Origin: Octopus bimaculoides
Taxonomy: Eukaryota
Length of the DNA stretch: 64,000 bases
Reading direction: 5' to 3'
NCBI RefSeq assembly: GCF_001194135.2
Contig: NC_068994.1
Location: 54,299,157-54,363,156 of the forward strand
The position numbers were made by a program, and so were the translations under genes. This document shows positions 11,992 through 24,499 of this stretch, one piece after another (position 1 is the first letter of the stretch; every line of letters begins with the position of its first letter). The notes under the pieces are model-generated. The model was not told the DNA's origin and made no database searches. It worked only from the letters and a program-made list of their open reading frames with translations.

Positions 11992-12322
11992 TTCAAAAAG
12001 ACAGACGAAATTCCGTGTAAAAGGACTGCCAGATAGCAAAATACTGATTCAAAATACCTATGTTTAGGAGCGTGAGCGTTAACTATTCAAATACATAACA
12101 AGAACCACAACAGAGCAAAATTATAACGGACAAAATAATTAAGTAAAGAAATGTTTCTATATCTCTCTAATATATAAAATAACCAGTGATCGTTTTCGAT
12201 TTAAATGCCTTTGCATTAATATTACTGGAGATATATACAAACAATTTTTGACATTTGACTAAAAATTCAAACCGGTGTCCCAGCATGGCCGCAGTCTAAT
12301 GACAGAAAAAGATAAAAGATAA

Positions 12323-12384
<62 letters not shown>

Positions 12385-12748
12385 GCAGCCTCTGAGCGTT
12401 ATGTCTTTCACTCCTTTACGATTTCAGAAAGTTTCTTTGTCACTTCTTACAATAAAATCACAGATGCTGCGTAAAGAAAAGAAAAGAAAACCCTAATGGA
12501 TTACTTTAAATATGGGTTAATGTATTCCTACGCTCGTGTTTTTTTTTCATTTTCTTTTCTTTGTTTGGTCGTTCCGTTATTGTTATAGTTGTTGTCGATA
12601 CTGTTCGTAAACAGCTGCACTCTTTGTTGCAATAACAGCGCATAGTTATTGCGCATGGACACAGATACTAACAAATAACGTGCCGTATTTCATATTTCTT
12701 GCACCAGCCAGGAAGACTCGGTTGTCATATTGAACAGGGTGTCCAACC

Positions 12749-13322
12749 AGAGCCGGCTCGCGAATTTTTTTTCCTACAAGAGTTATGGACCCCAGTTATA
12801 AACTCATTTGCATACAGCCAATCAGAGCTCAACTATCAAACTAATTTATGAGCGATGGGCGATAAGATAAGGTCATTTGGGTAAGGAATGACCATGCTTC
12901 TTTTCTCTTTTAATAATGCTTGTTGTTCTTGTTCTTGTTTTAACCATGGCTGCCTCTGCGTAGTTATTTGTGTTGTTGTTTACTTTGTAAGACAGTAAGG
13001 GAAGAGGGTTGCTAGCACATCACCCTCTACCGACATTTTTCCCATCCGCATCTTTACCATATGGGGCCCTAACAAAATATGGGGCCCTAACAAAATCTGA
13101 TAATTGGTATAGATGCAAATCTATCTAATTATTTGTCTTCTAAAATCAGGCATAACTTGGCGATCGGTCGACTTACAACACCATTCTTCGTCTTGAGTGT
13201 ACCTGGTAGAGTGTGTTTGTTCACTTGACAACAAGTTCAAGGTGAGCTCTGATTGGCTGTATGCAAATGAGTTCATTACTGGGAGCCGGAACTCGCGTGG
13301 GGAAAAAATTTTCGCGGCCGGC
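12749..13322. mobile_element. MITE-like element with ~85-bp imperfect terminal inverted repeats (hAT-like CAGAGCCGGC start)
   Basis: 12749-12833 is the reverse complement of 13242-13322 with a perfect 31-bp core; internal tandem GGGGCCCTAACAAAAT x2. No convincing TSD seen. Confidence 0.6.
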
Positions 13323-13334
13323 ACAAGATACTAA

Positions 13335-13637
13335 CAACTCGGGAAGTCGCCCGATTTCCGTCTATCAAATTCGCTCACAAGGGTCGACCACGTCCAGTGA
13401 GTCAAGCAGTGGGACTGAACCCAAAACCACGTGGTTGCAAAGCGAGTTTCTTAACCAAACATGCTTAGCGGTATTTCGTCTGTCTTTGTGTTCTGAGTTC
13501 AAATTCCGCCGAGGTTGACTCTACCTTTCATCCTTTCGGGATCGATAAATTAAGTACCAGTTGCGTACTGGTTCGATCTAATTGACTGGCTCCCTCCCCC
13601 AAAATTTCGGACCTTGTGCTGTGAGTAGAAAAGAATA
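13335..13637. mobile_element. SINE family B fragment (minus) abutting a SINE family A copy (plus)
   Basis: CAGTGGGACTGAACCCAAAACCACGTGG on plus, then GCTTAGCGGTATTTCGTCTG...AGTAGAAAAGAAT. Confidence 0.8.
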
Positions 13638-15154
13638 TGTGTGTCGGACAGTACTTCGTTGGCAGCGATGATATCGGACTTTAAATAACTGGTGTGTTAG
13701 CAGTGTTTCGTTTTGTTGCAATATCCATCGATCAGTCTTCTCCGCCCATTGTTCTTGGAAGGGTCGCGCGTAGCAGCGCCCCCAGTTTTAAGTGGGGAGG
13801 AGGAGCTGTACTCGTCCGGAATCATCTGCATTCAACAGCAAAGTATAATCTGGACGGTTGGAGATGAGAGTGAAAGAACAATTGTGTATCCTTGCAGACA
13901 CTAAACAGACAGAATCGAATAAATAACCAGAGAAACAAATAATTCCGCTCGATATCTTGGCTGTAGTTGGTACTAAGAATAATTCCACTAGACAGTAGAG
14001 AGACCAAGATTCGGTCACTGGAAAAATACTTTTATTGTAAAACAAATAAATAAATAAATTAAAAAAAAGACACACAAAAGAACACAAAACAGCCAGACAG
14101 TTTCAAGATACAAAAAAGGGACAAGAAAAAACAAGGACGGGTCATTTAGAGTTTTCTTTCCTCAGTCGAGTTCCAGATTATCTTTGCAATTTCGGCTGGT
14201 TATACTCGAGATTGCTCCAATCTGGCCAGCCCCACGGAAAAACTAAGCTAAGAGCATTAGATTCCTTGGAAGAAAGCAGCGAATGTATACGAAAACAAGG
14301 ACGGAAAAAAAAACAAAAAAACGGAGAAATGTTACACAAATACAACTGCAAATAACAGGACATTAACAACAGGTGTCTTTCGACAAAGGACGAATTAAAT
14401 TAAGCTGACATATATATATATATGACGGGCTTCAACACAGTTTCCATCTAGTAAATTTATTCACAAGGCATTGTTCGGCCTAGGGCTATAATAGAAGACA
14501 CTTGCCCAAGGTGCCATGCAGTAACAATGAACCCGAAACCACGTGGTTGTAAAACGAATTTCTTAATCACACAGCCATGCCTACGCCTATACATGTGTGT
14601 GATAATGATTAAAAGGGGGAGGGGTCCCAAAAGATAATTAATTTGTCAAAATGGAAGGCGATTGTAATGAGATGGGAATCGGAGAGCAAGAATAAGAACA
14701 AAAGAGCCTTTTGTTGCCGATCTCTGAGTGAGAGAGATCTTCTCGTAAGGGAATGCGTGTTCTTCATATGCGAAAAGCACATTTCTCAGTTGGAACATAA
14801 AGTGCAGTATAGAGACTAAAAGGTGGCGGAGGTAGCGGTGGGTGTGAGATTTATGTCTCAGACAGGATTAGGATAGTTGGTTCGCGTGTTAGTAGGAATT
14901 AGAGGTAGTCTGGGTCAAAACTGCGTAAAGTGGAAGAAGAGTTGTTCAGTAGACTCATTGTCTTTCTTGTATGGCTTCGTTGTTCCAAGTACATATTGGT
15001 TTTCATATTAGGAGGAAAACCGATATGCACATAAACTTATATAAATACTTATTTGTGCACACACACACATACATACAGTGTACATACATGTATACACAAA
15101 TACATGCACACATAAATATACACACACATATGAATGCATGAATGTGTGTATGTA

Positions 15155-15235
<81 letters not shown>

Positions 15236-16279
15236 TATACTATACTATACACACAGTTATGTGTGAGTGTACATAGATCTTTGTGCTGTGTACCGAGAGA
15301 CTTTATATATTTGAAACATCACCATCAGCAGTAGCATTTAACCATGTTTCTTTGCCATGCTTCTTTGGGTTGGACGAGTCATCACGGTCCAACTAAGTTC
15401 CTATTCAGAGTTACTATCGACCTTGATAAAAATAGCAAGAACGAGATGCGGCTCCGTCCTTCTACAGATAAAACACACACACACACACACAAATACATGA
15501 ATTTATATGTGTGTATGTATGTATGTATATTGGTGTGCGTGTGTTTTTTTTCCGGTCTATGATTGTTGGTATGCAAATACAGAAGTGTAACTGTAAGCAT
15601 TATGGCGTTGTCTGTAAGCCTCCGTTAAATGTGGTGTGCTGAGCCATCCATATCTGGTTTACGTTAATACCATTACGTCTTTATTTCTTAAATACTGTTA
15701 GTGAATCTAACAGCTTATCTCTTCATTATATTAAGGTCTACACAATTGATAACAGAATGATAGGTTTTAAATCTGGGAACATACATGTATGTGTCTATTT
15801 GTGTAAGCGTCTCCTTTCGTACGCATATTAATTTATGTGTATTGGTAAGTCTGTGTATATCTTTGAACATATATCTCTATATGTCTCTACATATGNNNNN
15901 NNNNNNNNNNNNNNNNNNNNNNNNNNNNNNNNNNNNNNNNNNNNNNNNNNNNNNNNNNNNNNNNNNNNNNNNNNNNNNNNNNNNNNNNNNNNNNNNNNNN
16001 NNNNNNNNNNNNNNNNNNNNNNNNNNNNNNNNNATGACAGCTATAGAAATAAATCAGTTTCGTGTTGATTGATGTTGCAGGCTGTTGCATTATGTACAGT
16101 TTCTCCCCGAGGCAGTGTTGACAATTATGAAAACCACATAGAAAGATAGAAAACCCGTCAATGTTTCTCCATGTGACCTTTGAATTTGACCACAGAGTTT
16201 TCTGACGAATCGGAACTGGAAGGTAAAGTTTTGAAAAAGTGCATATATCACGCAAACTTTCCCTTGAAATTAACGGCTG

Positions 16280-16520
16280 CTATTCCAGTGTCAGAGTCTT
16301 GTGATGCCATTTTATGATGAAAGGCTGGTTCTATAGACCACAGCCTTTCAGTGACTGAATCCTCAGGATTTTGGTATTTATTGCTTTGAGTATGTAATGG
16401 AGTTTGTGTGGGTGCGTGTTGCTTTCTAGTGTAGTGTGTAATGCCGGAAATGATATCCAAGCGTGAGCAGAAGCGAAAGCATCTGAATATGGATCTTAAC
16501 ATATAAAATATCAGCATCTT
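16280..16520 (-). mobile_element. Probable Penelope-like terminal-repeat relic with a degenerate hammerhead
   Basis: Minus strand has CTGAGGA (16360-66), a perfect 10-bp stem TGAAAGGCTG/CAGCCTTTCA (16318-27/16341-50), then AAAATGGCATC where GAAA is expected. Downstream ACTGGAATAGCAGCCGTTAATTT resembles 31417-31445. Confidence 0.4.
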
Positions 16521-17002
16521 TTGTTGAAAGTATTATTCCGCTACAAAAACGGGAAAATGCTAAGATGCACACTAAGGTTCTATCGTAAGTAATGCAAAAA
16601 TGTGCATAACTTTATTAGCTGACATAGATAATCGAATTACATGTTTGACAGAGTAACTCGTCCTCTAAACGAAAGTTTCTACTCAACAAAGTCTGCATCA
16701 CAAGCGGTGCATTTACACTGTCGTTGGACCCAACTTTCGAATCGCATTTGAAAAAATTCAAATGTAAACTGTTATACCCACTTGCATACATTCACTTTCA
16801 TTTTGTGCATGTCATCAACTCGTTATCCTCAAAGACAGTTCTTCATTGAACTTCCCTGAACAACTGGAAGTCGGAAGGATGACTGGTTCAAGCTGTATGG
16901 CGGATTGGGAACTTACTGACCGACATAATTTTGCTGTTTGCTTGCCATAAATGTGTGTAGTCGCACATTGTCATGATGGATGTGGATCGTTTTCATATTC
17001 TT

Positions 17003-17145
17003 TTCTACACTCGGCACAAGGTCCGAAATATTTGGGGAGGGCGCCAGTCGATTAGATCGACACCAGTATACAACTGGTACTTAATTTATCGACCCTGAAA
17101 GGATGAAAGGCAAAGTCGACCTCGGCGGAATTTGAACTCAGAACA
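17003..17145 (-). mobile_element. 5'-truncated SINE family A with a perfect 20-bp target-site duplication
   Basis: TGGATCGTTTTCATATTCTT at 16983-17002 and 17146-17165; removing the insert restores the mariner MKTIHIHHDN reading. Confidence 0.92.
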
Positions 17146-17373
17146 TGGATCGTTTTCATATTCTTGTTCAGCCTCATCCTCTTAATGACTCCTCTAAGCT
17201 TTTTGAGTCTTTCAATGTTCCACTCGCTCTTCATAGTACAGTCACGTCCCAGAAAAGTCAAGAAGAATGACACTCTTGTCATCCCCACCCAGCAAAACAG
17301 TCATTATGATTTTGTCTGCTGATCAATTTTTAGACTTTGGAGAAAAGGTGTGATAATATTCCATGATCCTTCT

Positions 17374-17780
17374 ATAGGAAAGTTGGTTATACATCATTAG
17401 ATGTATACCTGACTTTCCTATATAAAATTAAGAAATATAAACGGAACGCTGAACTCCAGACTATCAACTTAAACAACATTTATTCAGGTGGTAAATATAT
17501 ACATCTTTAGTTCTTGTTGTTACAGCTTCTGATTGTGTGAGCATAGTTGTTGGGACGTTGTTATGTAGATGTAAGCGAGCTGTCGAGTGTAAGTCCGAAA
17601 GATGGAGAGTGACAGCTATACACGTAAAGAGACTGTCTCCAGAGTTGGGTGTTGGAGACACTTCTTGACACGTCCATGCTCTATTGCTGGCCAGCAAGAA
17701 AGAGAATGAATTGAGCGGGAACGCTTGCTTGTTTAATTCCACGCATGCGTGAGACTACGCATGCGCACGGCGTTACTACA
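17374..17780 (-). mobile_element. Unclassified ~407-bp insertion, possibly a solo LTR, with a candidate 5-bp TSD CTTCT
   Basis: CTTCT at 17369-73 and 17781-85; minus strand starts TGTAGT and has AATAAA at 17479-84; it separates collinear mariner motifs. The expected CA end is absent. Confidence 0.45.
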
Positions 17781-18997
17781 CTTCTTTTCCGTATTATAAT
17801 GCTTCATTCACGTTTCATCCTCCGGCACCTGATTGGAAAATAAACGTTTACACGGGCTTCAAACGTTTCCAACAGATCAGAGCAGACTTTCACCCTACTC
17901 TCCTTCAAATCGGACATCATCTGCCCTAATACCCACTTTGCACACACTTCCCAATACTCGAAGACTTCCACCATATTCTGTAATGCATTGTGACCATTGT
18001 TCACTTGTACAGCAAACTCACAGATTGTGACTCATTTACCCACGCGAACCAAATTGTTTTCGCTGGCGACTTGTCTCAATGGTCGCAGTTGATGGTTTGT
18101 TTGACGATCTCTCTGCGTAATCTGTTTTCAATTCTAGTTTCCGCTTCTTTAAACTTTTCCATTCCTCTGCATACTTTGCTTTTGTCAATGATTTTGTAGC
18201 AGATTTGATCCCGAATCACCGAATAGTCAAACGTCACGGTTAAGTCATAGTTATTTTACGTGATCGGCCGAATACGTGATTCGACCTTTCAGAATCTGCC
18301 AACGAGGCCTTTATAAATAAGCAAATTTTTGTCGCTAACCCATTTATATTCTCCAACCGTTTGCAGACACAGCGTGTCAAACTGTTGTTTGAGCAACTTC
18401 ATACTCATATTTCTATTCTCCAACCGAGCAGATAGACGGTACAAGTTTGCTGTCGTGAATTTAGCGTGATATTTCTCCAGTCCTGACAGCGTAGTCACAA
18501 AGCTATACGTACCAGCTATTTATTTCATAAACTATAGAGTTTATCTCTCCCGCTGCGTATAGATCGTTACTTGTATTCATCTTTCAAAGACCAACACGGA
18601 AAATATCAAGTGCAGTAAATGAATTCCTGTTAAATGTTCGTGACTGTTGCTTATCATTCATGCGCAGCCAATAACCCAACACAACACGGCGCGACAATGT
18701 CATCTCCATTAACAACTTTGCAGCCTTCTGTGGATATTGATCTTAGCCATAAAGGCCTGTGGATGTCGGTCAGTGTGCACTCGTCCTTAAGTCAAGAACT
18801 CAACGAGGGTATTTTGTGTCTATTTGGAACCCATTATTTGCTTGCAATGAAGAAGAATAGGCAAAAGCGGTACTATAGGGTCAGTGTAACTCTACCAATA
18901 TACGCAATTGAATGACCTTTGTCAGAATAAGATAAAGAAGTTATGCCCACGTTTGCATTACTTTAGGTTTATACATACGTACGCACACACATACGTA

Positions 18998-19048
<51 letters not shown>

Positions 19049-19797
19049 NNNNNNNNNNNNNNNNNNNNNNNNNNNNNNNNNNNNNNNNNNNNNNNNNNNN
19101 NNNNNNNNNNNNNNNNNNNNNNNNNNNNNNNNNNNNNNNNNNNNNNNNNNNNNNNNNNNNNNNNNNNNNNNNNNNNNNNNNNNNNNNNNNNNNNNNNNNN
19201 NNNNNNNNNNNNNNNNNNNNNNNNNNNNNNNNNNNNNNNNNNNNNNNNNNNNNNNNNNNNNNNNNNNNNNNNNNNNNNNNNNNNNNNNNNNNNNNNNNNN
19301 NNNNNNNNNNNNNNNNNNNNNNNNNNNNNNNNNNNNNNNNNNNNNNNNNNNNNNNNNNNNNNNNNNNNNNNNNNNNNNNNNNNNNNNNNNNNNNNNNNNN
19401 NNNNNNNNNNNNNNNNNNNNNNNNNNNNNNNNNNNNNNNNNNNNNNNNNNNNNNNNNNNNNNNNNNNNNNNNNNNNNNNNNNNNNNNNNNNNNNNNNNNN
19501 NNNNNNNNNNNNNNNNNNNNNNNNNNNNNNNNNNNNNNNNNNNNNNNNNNNNNNNNNNNNNNNNNNNNNNNNNNNNNNNNNNNNNNNNNNNNNNNNNNNN
19601 NNNNNNNNNNNNNNNNNNNNNNNNNNNNNNNNNNNNNNNNNNNNNNNNNNNNNNNNNNNNNNNNNNNNNNNNNNNNNNNNNNNNNNNNNNNNNNNNNNNN
19701 NNNNNNNNNNNNNNNNNNNNNNNNNNNNNNNNNNNNNNNNNNNNNNNNNNNNNNNNNNNNNNNNNNNNNNNNNNNNNNNNNNNNNNNNNNNNNNNNN

Positions 19798-19851
<54 letters not shown>

Positions 19852-20636
19852 TAAAAATTTATTGCCATTGGTCGTTGCTGTCCTCATCGTCATCGTCTCT
19901 CTTATTTCCTGTCCGTCCGATGTTCTTGTCCCAGTGACACGCTGTTAACCCTTACTTTTATATATCGTTTAGCACAGCACCGGAGTTGGTGAAACGAACT
20001 GGAGGATAAAAATACTTCCAGCTGCTGCCGCCGTTAAATCGAAATACTTGTGGCGACGCCGATGGCAACCATATTTGTTAGTTTGTTGCTTTCCGCCTGT
20101 CACGGAACACTCAAATACCCGAGTCCTCCTTAGCTGCCATCGACTTATTAATTATTGTCTTTCGACTGCCTATAATCGTTCGCTCGTAGAAATACACACA
20201 CACGCACGCACACGTACACACACACAAACGAAAACAGGCACGCAAAAGAGCATAGACAGATACACACGCAGACACGTGCACGCGCAAACACACACACACA
20301 CATGTACACATACATATACACACACACACACAAACACTCACAAACACACGCACAAACAAACACGCATAGGCAAACACGCACGCACGCGCACACATGTGCG
20401 CACGCAAACTCAAACATATATACACATACATGCACATACGCGCACATATATACATAAATGTGTAAACACACAGGCACGCATAAGCATACACACTTACACA
20501 AACACACAAACAAACGAACACAAACATGCAAAAGAGCATAGGCAAATACACGCGCAGACACGTGCACACACAAACACACACACACACACACACACGCACA
20601 AACAAACATGCACACATGCATACACATCTGAAATAT

Positions 20637-20930
20637 TTGGACATTGCACGAGTGCGTGCAGAAGGTTTCCTTGTTCTGACCGCGTCTCGGGCAGGGAGGT
20701 CCGGTTTTTCTTGAACCGTGTCTGTAGACCTATCTCGAACGGGCAATGCTTCCCGATAGCAATGCCAGGCCAGGGATCTCTAGAAATTGTCCACAGGTCC
20801 TGGCTCGGAATTGGTCTTGAAGAGGCGGGTCAGGTACTCTCCGTCGACGCCCAGAGTCAACCCAAGAACATCGTCGCCCCTCCCCTCTACTAATCTTTTA
20901 TAGAACGCCCCCTCCTTGGTGGAATTGAAA
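20637..20930 (-). mobile_element. Tx1/L1-clade retrotransposon ORF2 C-terminal fragment (zinc-knuckle region)
   Basis: Frameshifted translation AFYKRLVEGRGDDVLGLTLGVD...LFKTNSEPGPVDNF*RSLAWHCYREALPVRD / YRHGSRKTGPPCPR.GQNKET / LHALVQC. Confidence 0.75.
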
Positions 20931-20955
20931 TTGCACAAGTTTGAACCCGGATATG

Positions 20956-20993
<38 letters not shown>

Positions 20994-21366
20994 CAAACAA
21001 AGAGACAGACATGATGTCTGTGCAAGGCACTGTTTTCTGTGAGTGGCATTTTATATTGTTTTGGCAACAATGTTACGCTGTATTGAGACGTAATAATATC
21101 TTGATGACATTTCGGGGCAGCCATTGATCAAATATTCAATGACCTCATTAGGTATGTGACACTGGCGACATTTTCAAGTAGCATCTTGGTAGTTTAAGGG
21201 TTACATCGTCAACGCTCTATGTACACGGACAGGTGTATGTATGTGGAATGCAATGTAGGTATGCATGTATGGAATTATAGATATGTATATGTATATATGC
21301 CATTTATGTATGAACACACAAGTGTACATATACATACAGATATGTATATATATGCATGCATGTATG

Positions 21367-21472
<106 letters not shown>

Positions 21473-21531
21473 TATGCATACATATATGTGTGTGTATATA
21501 TGTGTATGTATATATATATGTGTGTGTGTGT

Positions 21532-21564
<33 letters not shown>

Positions 21565-21929
21565 CATACGCGCACACACACACATACACGGTGCGATGGG
21601 TAAATTGTCGCCATTCTATATTTTCTATTTCGCGCATGCTCATTGTTTGTTTTAGGTTTTGTCGACTAGGGTCAGTTGGACACCGTCTGTGAGAAAAACA
21701 ACACAATGACGCAATTCACTCTGCCAGAAATTTGGAAATGACATGCTGTATTGCTTGGCATTCATGCCGGATTTGGTTCTTGAATATTCACGGTATCTTA
21801 CTAACACCTGATATATTCAAATTTATTTATTTCAAAAGGAGCTGCCATCGTATCTCCCCACTTCTGGCCTCCTACGAATTGGTGTACTTTGGTTCTTATC
21901 AATCCATATAATAAAATTATATATATATA

Positions 21930-22125
21930 TCCAAACAAAGAAGAACAAACAAGGAAAGACAATAACGCGAGGACGTGGTACAAGTTCAATATTATTAAAC
22001 GCTCAGGAAAGGAAGGAAAGAGCTTTTAACGTTTCGAGCCAAGTTCTTCTTCAGAAATAGAGGATAATCCAACGGAAGGGAAAACGGAGGAAGAAAATTG
22101 ACAACGATACACACGCGGTTATATA
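21930..22125 (-). mobile_element. Penelope-like pseudo-LTR remnant
   Basis: Pyrimidine-rich on minus and carries the CTGAAGAAG...CTCGAAACGTT motif typical of Penelope minimal hammerheads. Confidence 0.6.
22024..22058 (-). ncRNA. Minimal (helix III = ACGU palindrome) hammerhead ribozyme with one helix II mismatch
   Basis: Minus strand reads AUUU-CUGAAGA-A-GAAC-UUG-GCUC-GAA-ACGU-U-AAAA; helix I is only 3 bp and helix II has an A.C mismatch. Confidence 0.55.
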
Positions 22126-22126
22126 T

Positions 22127-22310
22127 CTTCTTTTACTTGTTTCAGTCATTTGACTGCGGCCATGCTGGAGCACCGCCTTTGATCGAGCAAATCAACCCCA
22201 GTACTTATTCTATCGTTTTCTTTTGCCGAAACGCTAAGTTACGGGGACGCAAACACACAAGCATCGGTTTTAAGCGATGAGAGGGGGAAAACACACACAC
22301 ACATATACAT

Positions 22311-22345
<35 letters not shown>

Positions 22346-22509
22346 GACGGGCTTCTATCAGTTTCCGTCTACCAAATCTACTCACAAGGCTTTTGTCGGC
22401 TCAAGGCTACAGTATAAGACACTTGTCCAAGGTGCCTTGCAGTGGGACTGAACCCAGAATCATGTGGTTGGGAAGCAAGCTACTTATTACACAACCACTC
22501 CTGCGCCTA
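22127..22509 (-). mobile_element. SINE family B, near full length
   Basis: TTTTACTTGTTTCAGTCATTTGACTGCGGCCATGCTGGAGCACC ... CAGTGGGACTGAACCCAG ... ACAACCACTCCTGCGCCT on plus. Confidence 0.9.
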
Positions 22510-22559
22510 TATGTGATGTGTGTGTGTGTGTGTGTGTGTGTGTGAGATATATGTGTGTG

Positions 22560-22591
<32 letters not shown>

Positions 22592-23822
22592 ATTACGTGT
22601 GTGTGCGTTCACATAGTCTGTTCAAATGTCTTCGAAACCAGGATAAGCTTCAGCCTAATGAGCTTGTAAGCTGGACAGTTTTTTAACTTCGTGAGTGTGT
22701 CTGTCTGTGATGTATATGCGTGCATGTATGGGGGGGGGGGGTCTGAATGAGTGCGTTTGAGCGTGTCTGTATGTGTATGTACGTGTATTCGTGTCTGTAC
22801 TTGCACGTGTGTGTGTTGAGTGTGTGTTTATTTGAAGTGAGCATCGCGTATTAAACATATTGGACGTTTCCTTGCGAGGTAATTTCATCCCCGATACACG
22901 AAATGTCACAGCGATGCAAATATCTGGTATGGATGAAATAGGCTTAACTACAACAACAGACCATAATATTTTTTCTGACTGTTCTGAAGAAGATAAAAAA
23001 AAGAAAAAAGCAATCACTTCCTTCGGGAGTGATTACTTTGAGATCACTCCTAAAGGTTAGTCACATTTCTCCCCCCCCCCCACCNNNNNNNNNNNNNNNN
23101 NNNNNNNNNNNNNNNNNNNNNNNNNNNNNNNNNNNNNNNNNNNNNNNNNNNNNNNNNNNNNNNNNNNNNNNNNNNNNNNNNNNNNNNNNNNNNNNNNNNN
23201 NNNNNNNNNNNNNNNNNNNNNNNNNNNNNNNNNNNNNNNNNNNNNNNNNNNNNNNNNNNNNNNNNNNNNNNNNNNNNNNNNNNNNNNNNNNNNNNNNNNN
23301 NNNNNNNNNNNNNNNNNNNNNNNNNNNNNNNNNNNNNNNNNNNNNNNNNNNNNNNNNNNNNNNNNNNNNNNNNNNNNNNNNNNNNNNNNNNNNNNNNNNN
23401 NNNNNNNNNNNNNNNNNNNNNNNNNNNNNNNNNNNNNNNNNNNNNNNNNNNNNNNNNNNNNNNNNNNNNNNNNNNNNNNNNNNNNNNNNNNNNNNNNNNN
23501 NNNNNNNNNNNNNNNNNNNNNNNNNNNNNNNNNNNNNNNNNNNNNNNNNNNNNNNNNNNNNNNNNNNNNNNNNNNNNNNNNNNNNNNNNNNNNNNATATA
23601 TCAGCAAGGTCATGGAACAAATTATCAAAGAGAAAAATTGATCATAGTATTTTACAGTATGGAAGATGGGACCTTTCCGTAAAAACAATACCTTGAGGTT
23701 TACGCGTTTACTGTACGCTTTTCACGATGCTTGTTTAGGAGTTATTGCTGTGGTTTTCTTCGGGTTAACTGAACTCAGAGACTTAGCTTATTACTTAGTA
23801 ATTTCAAGTACTTTCTTATTTC

Positions 23823-24038
23823 TTTATTGCCTACAAGGAGCTAAACATATAGGGGACAAACAAAGGGATTAAGTCGATTACATCGACCTCAGTGCGCAAC
23901 TGGTACTTAATTTATCGACCCCGAAAGGATGAAAGGCAAAGTCGACCTCGGCTGAATTTGAATGCAAAACGTAAAGACAGACGAAATACCGCTGAGCATT
24001 TCGCCCGTCGTGCTAGCGTTTCTGTCAGCTGGCCGCCC
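23823..24038 (-). mobile_element. SINE family A, full length
   Basis: Reverse complement of 45961-46198 from head to the GTAGGCAATAAAGA tail. Confidence 0.9.
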
Positions 24039-24499
24039 TTAATGGTAACGAGAAATATTGTCTGATGATTTCGCTCAAGCATTGGAATGAACACTCCGCT
24101 GGTTTTCCCAGCAATTTTGTCTGATAACAGGTATTTAACATGATGTGCCTGTCGGGCACCGCTCGATCATGTAAATGGGATTTGGTAAGTATATTTTTTT
24201 CCCTAGAATAACATCTCCAAAATCAGAGTGTGTCTTCAACATTGCAACGTCTAACAATGCCGCAAAATACGGCTCATACTGAGAACGAGAAATAATTTAC
24301 CAAATGACATTCAAGACAGTTTCTATCCATATGGAGACAACCCAACAAAGGCAATCCTTCATTTTGACTCGCAGCTCAGCAGCCTCAACGGTAATCTTTC
24401 TTTCGTTAGCCCCAACATAATATTCTCTATCAAATTTATGTGTCCTTGATTACACTGGCCATAGAATGAAGGATATAAATTGCAGGACTGAAAATGGTT

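Larger units (their letters stand above)
16572..18330 (-). mobile_element. Near full-length decayed mariner transposon interrupted by two insertions
   Basis: Collinear motifs on minus: ..EKFKEAET.., EVCAKWV..MMSDLKESRVKVCSDLL, GDET*MKHYNTEK, MEYYH..SPK, VILLDF, IERLKKLRGVIKRMR, IHHDNVRLHT, PNPPYS, KLVQR..KC; terminal ..TGCATTACTTACGAT.. near 16572-16590. Confidence 0.8.

Noticed and set aside
16050-16250. Possible Tc1 transposase fragment
   Set aside because: Weak SDE-like matches appear on both strands and the adjacent sequence looks Penelope-like; cannot assign.
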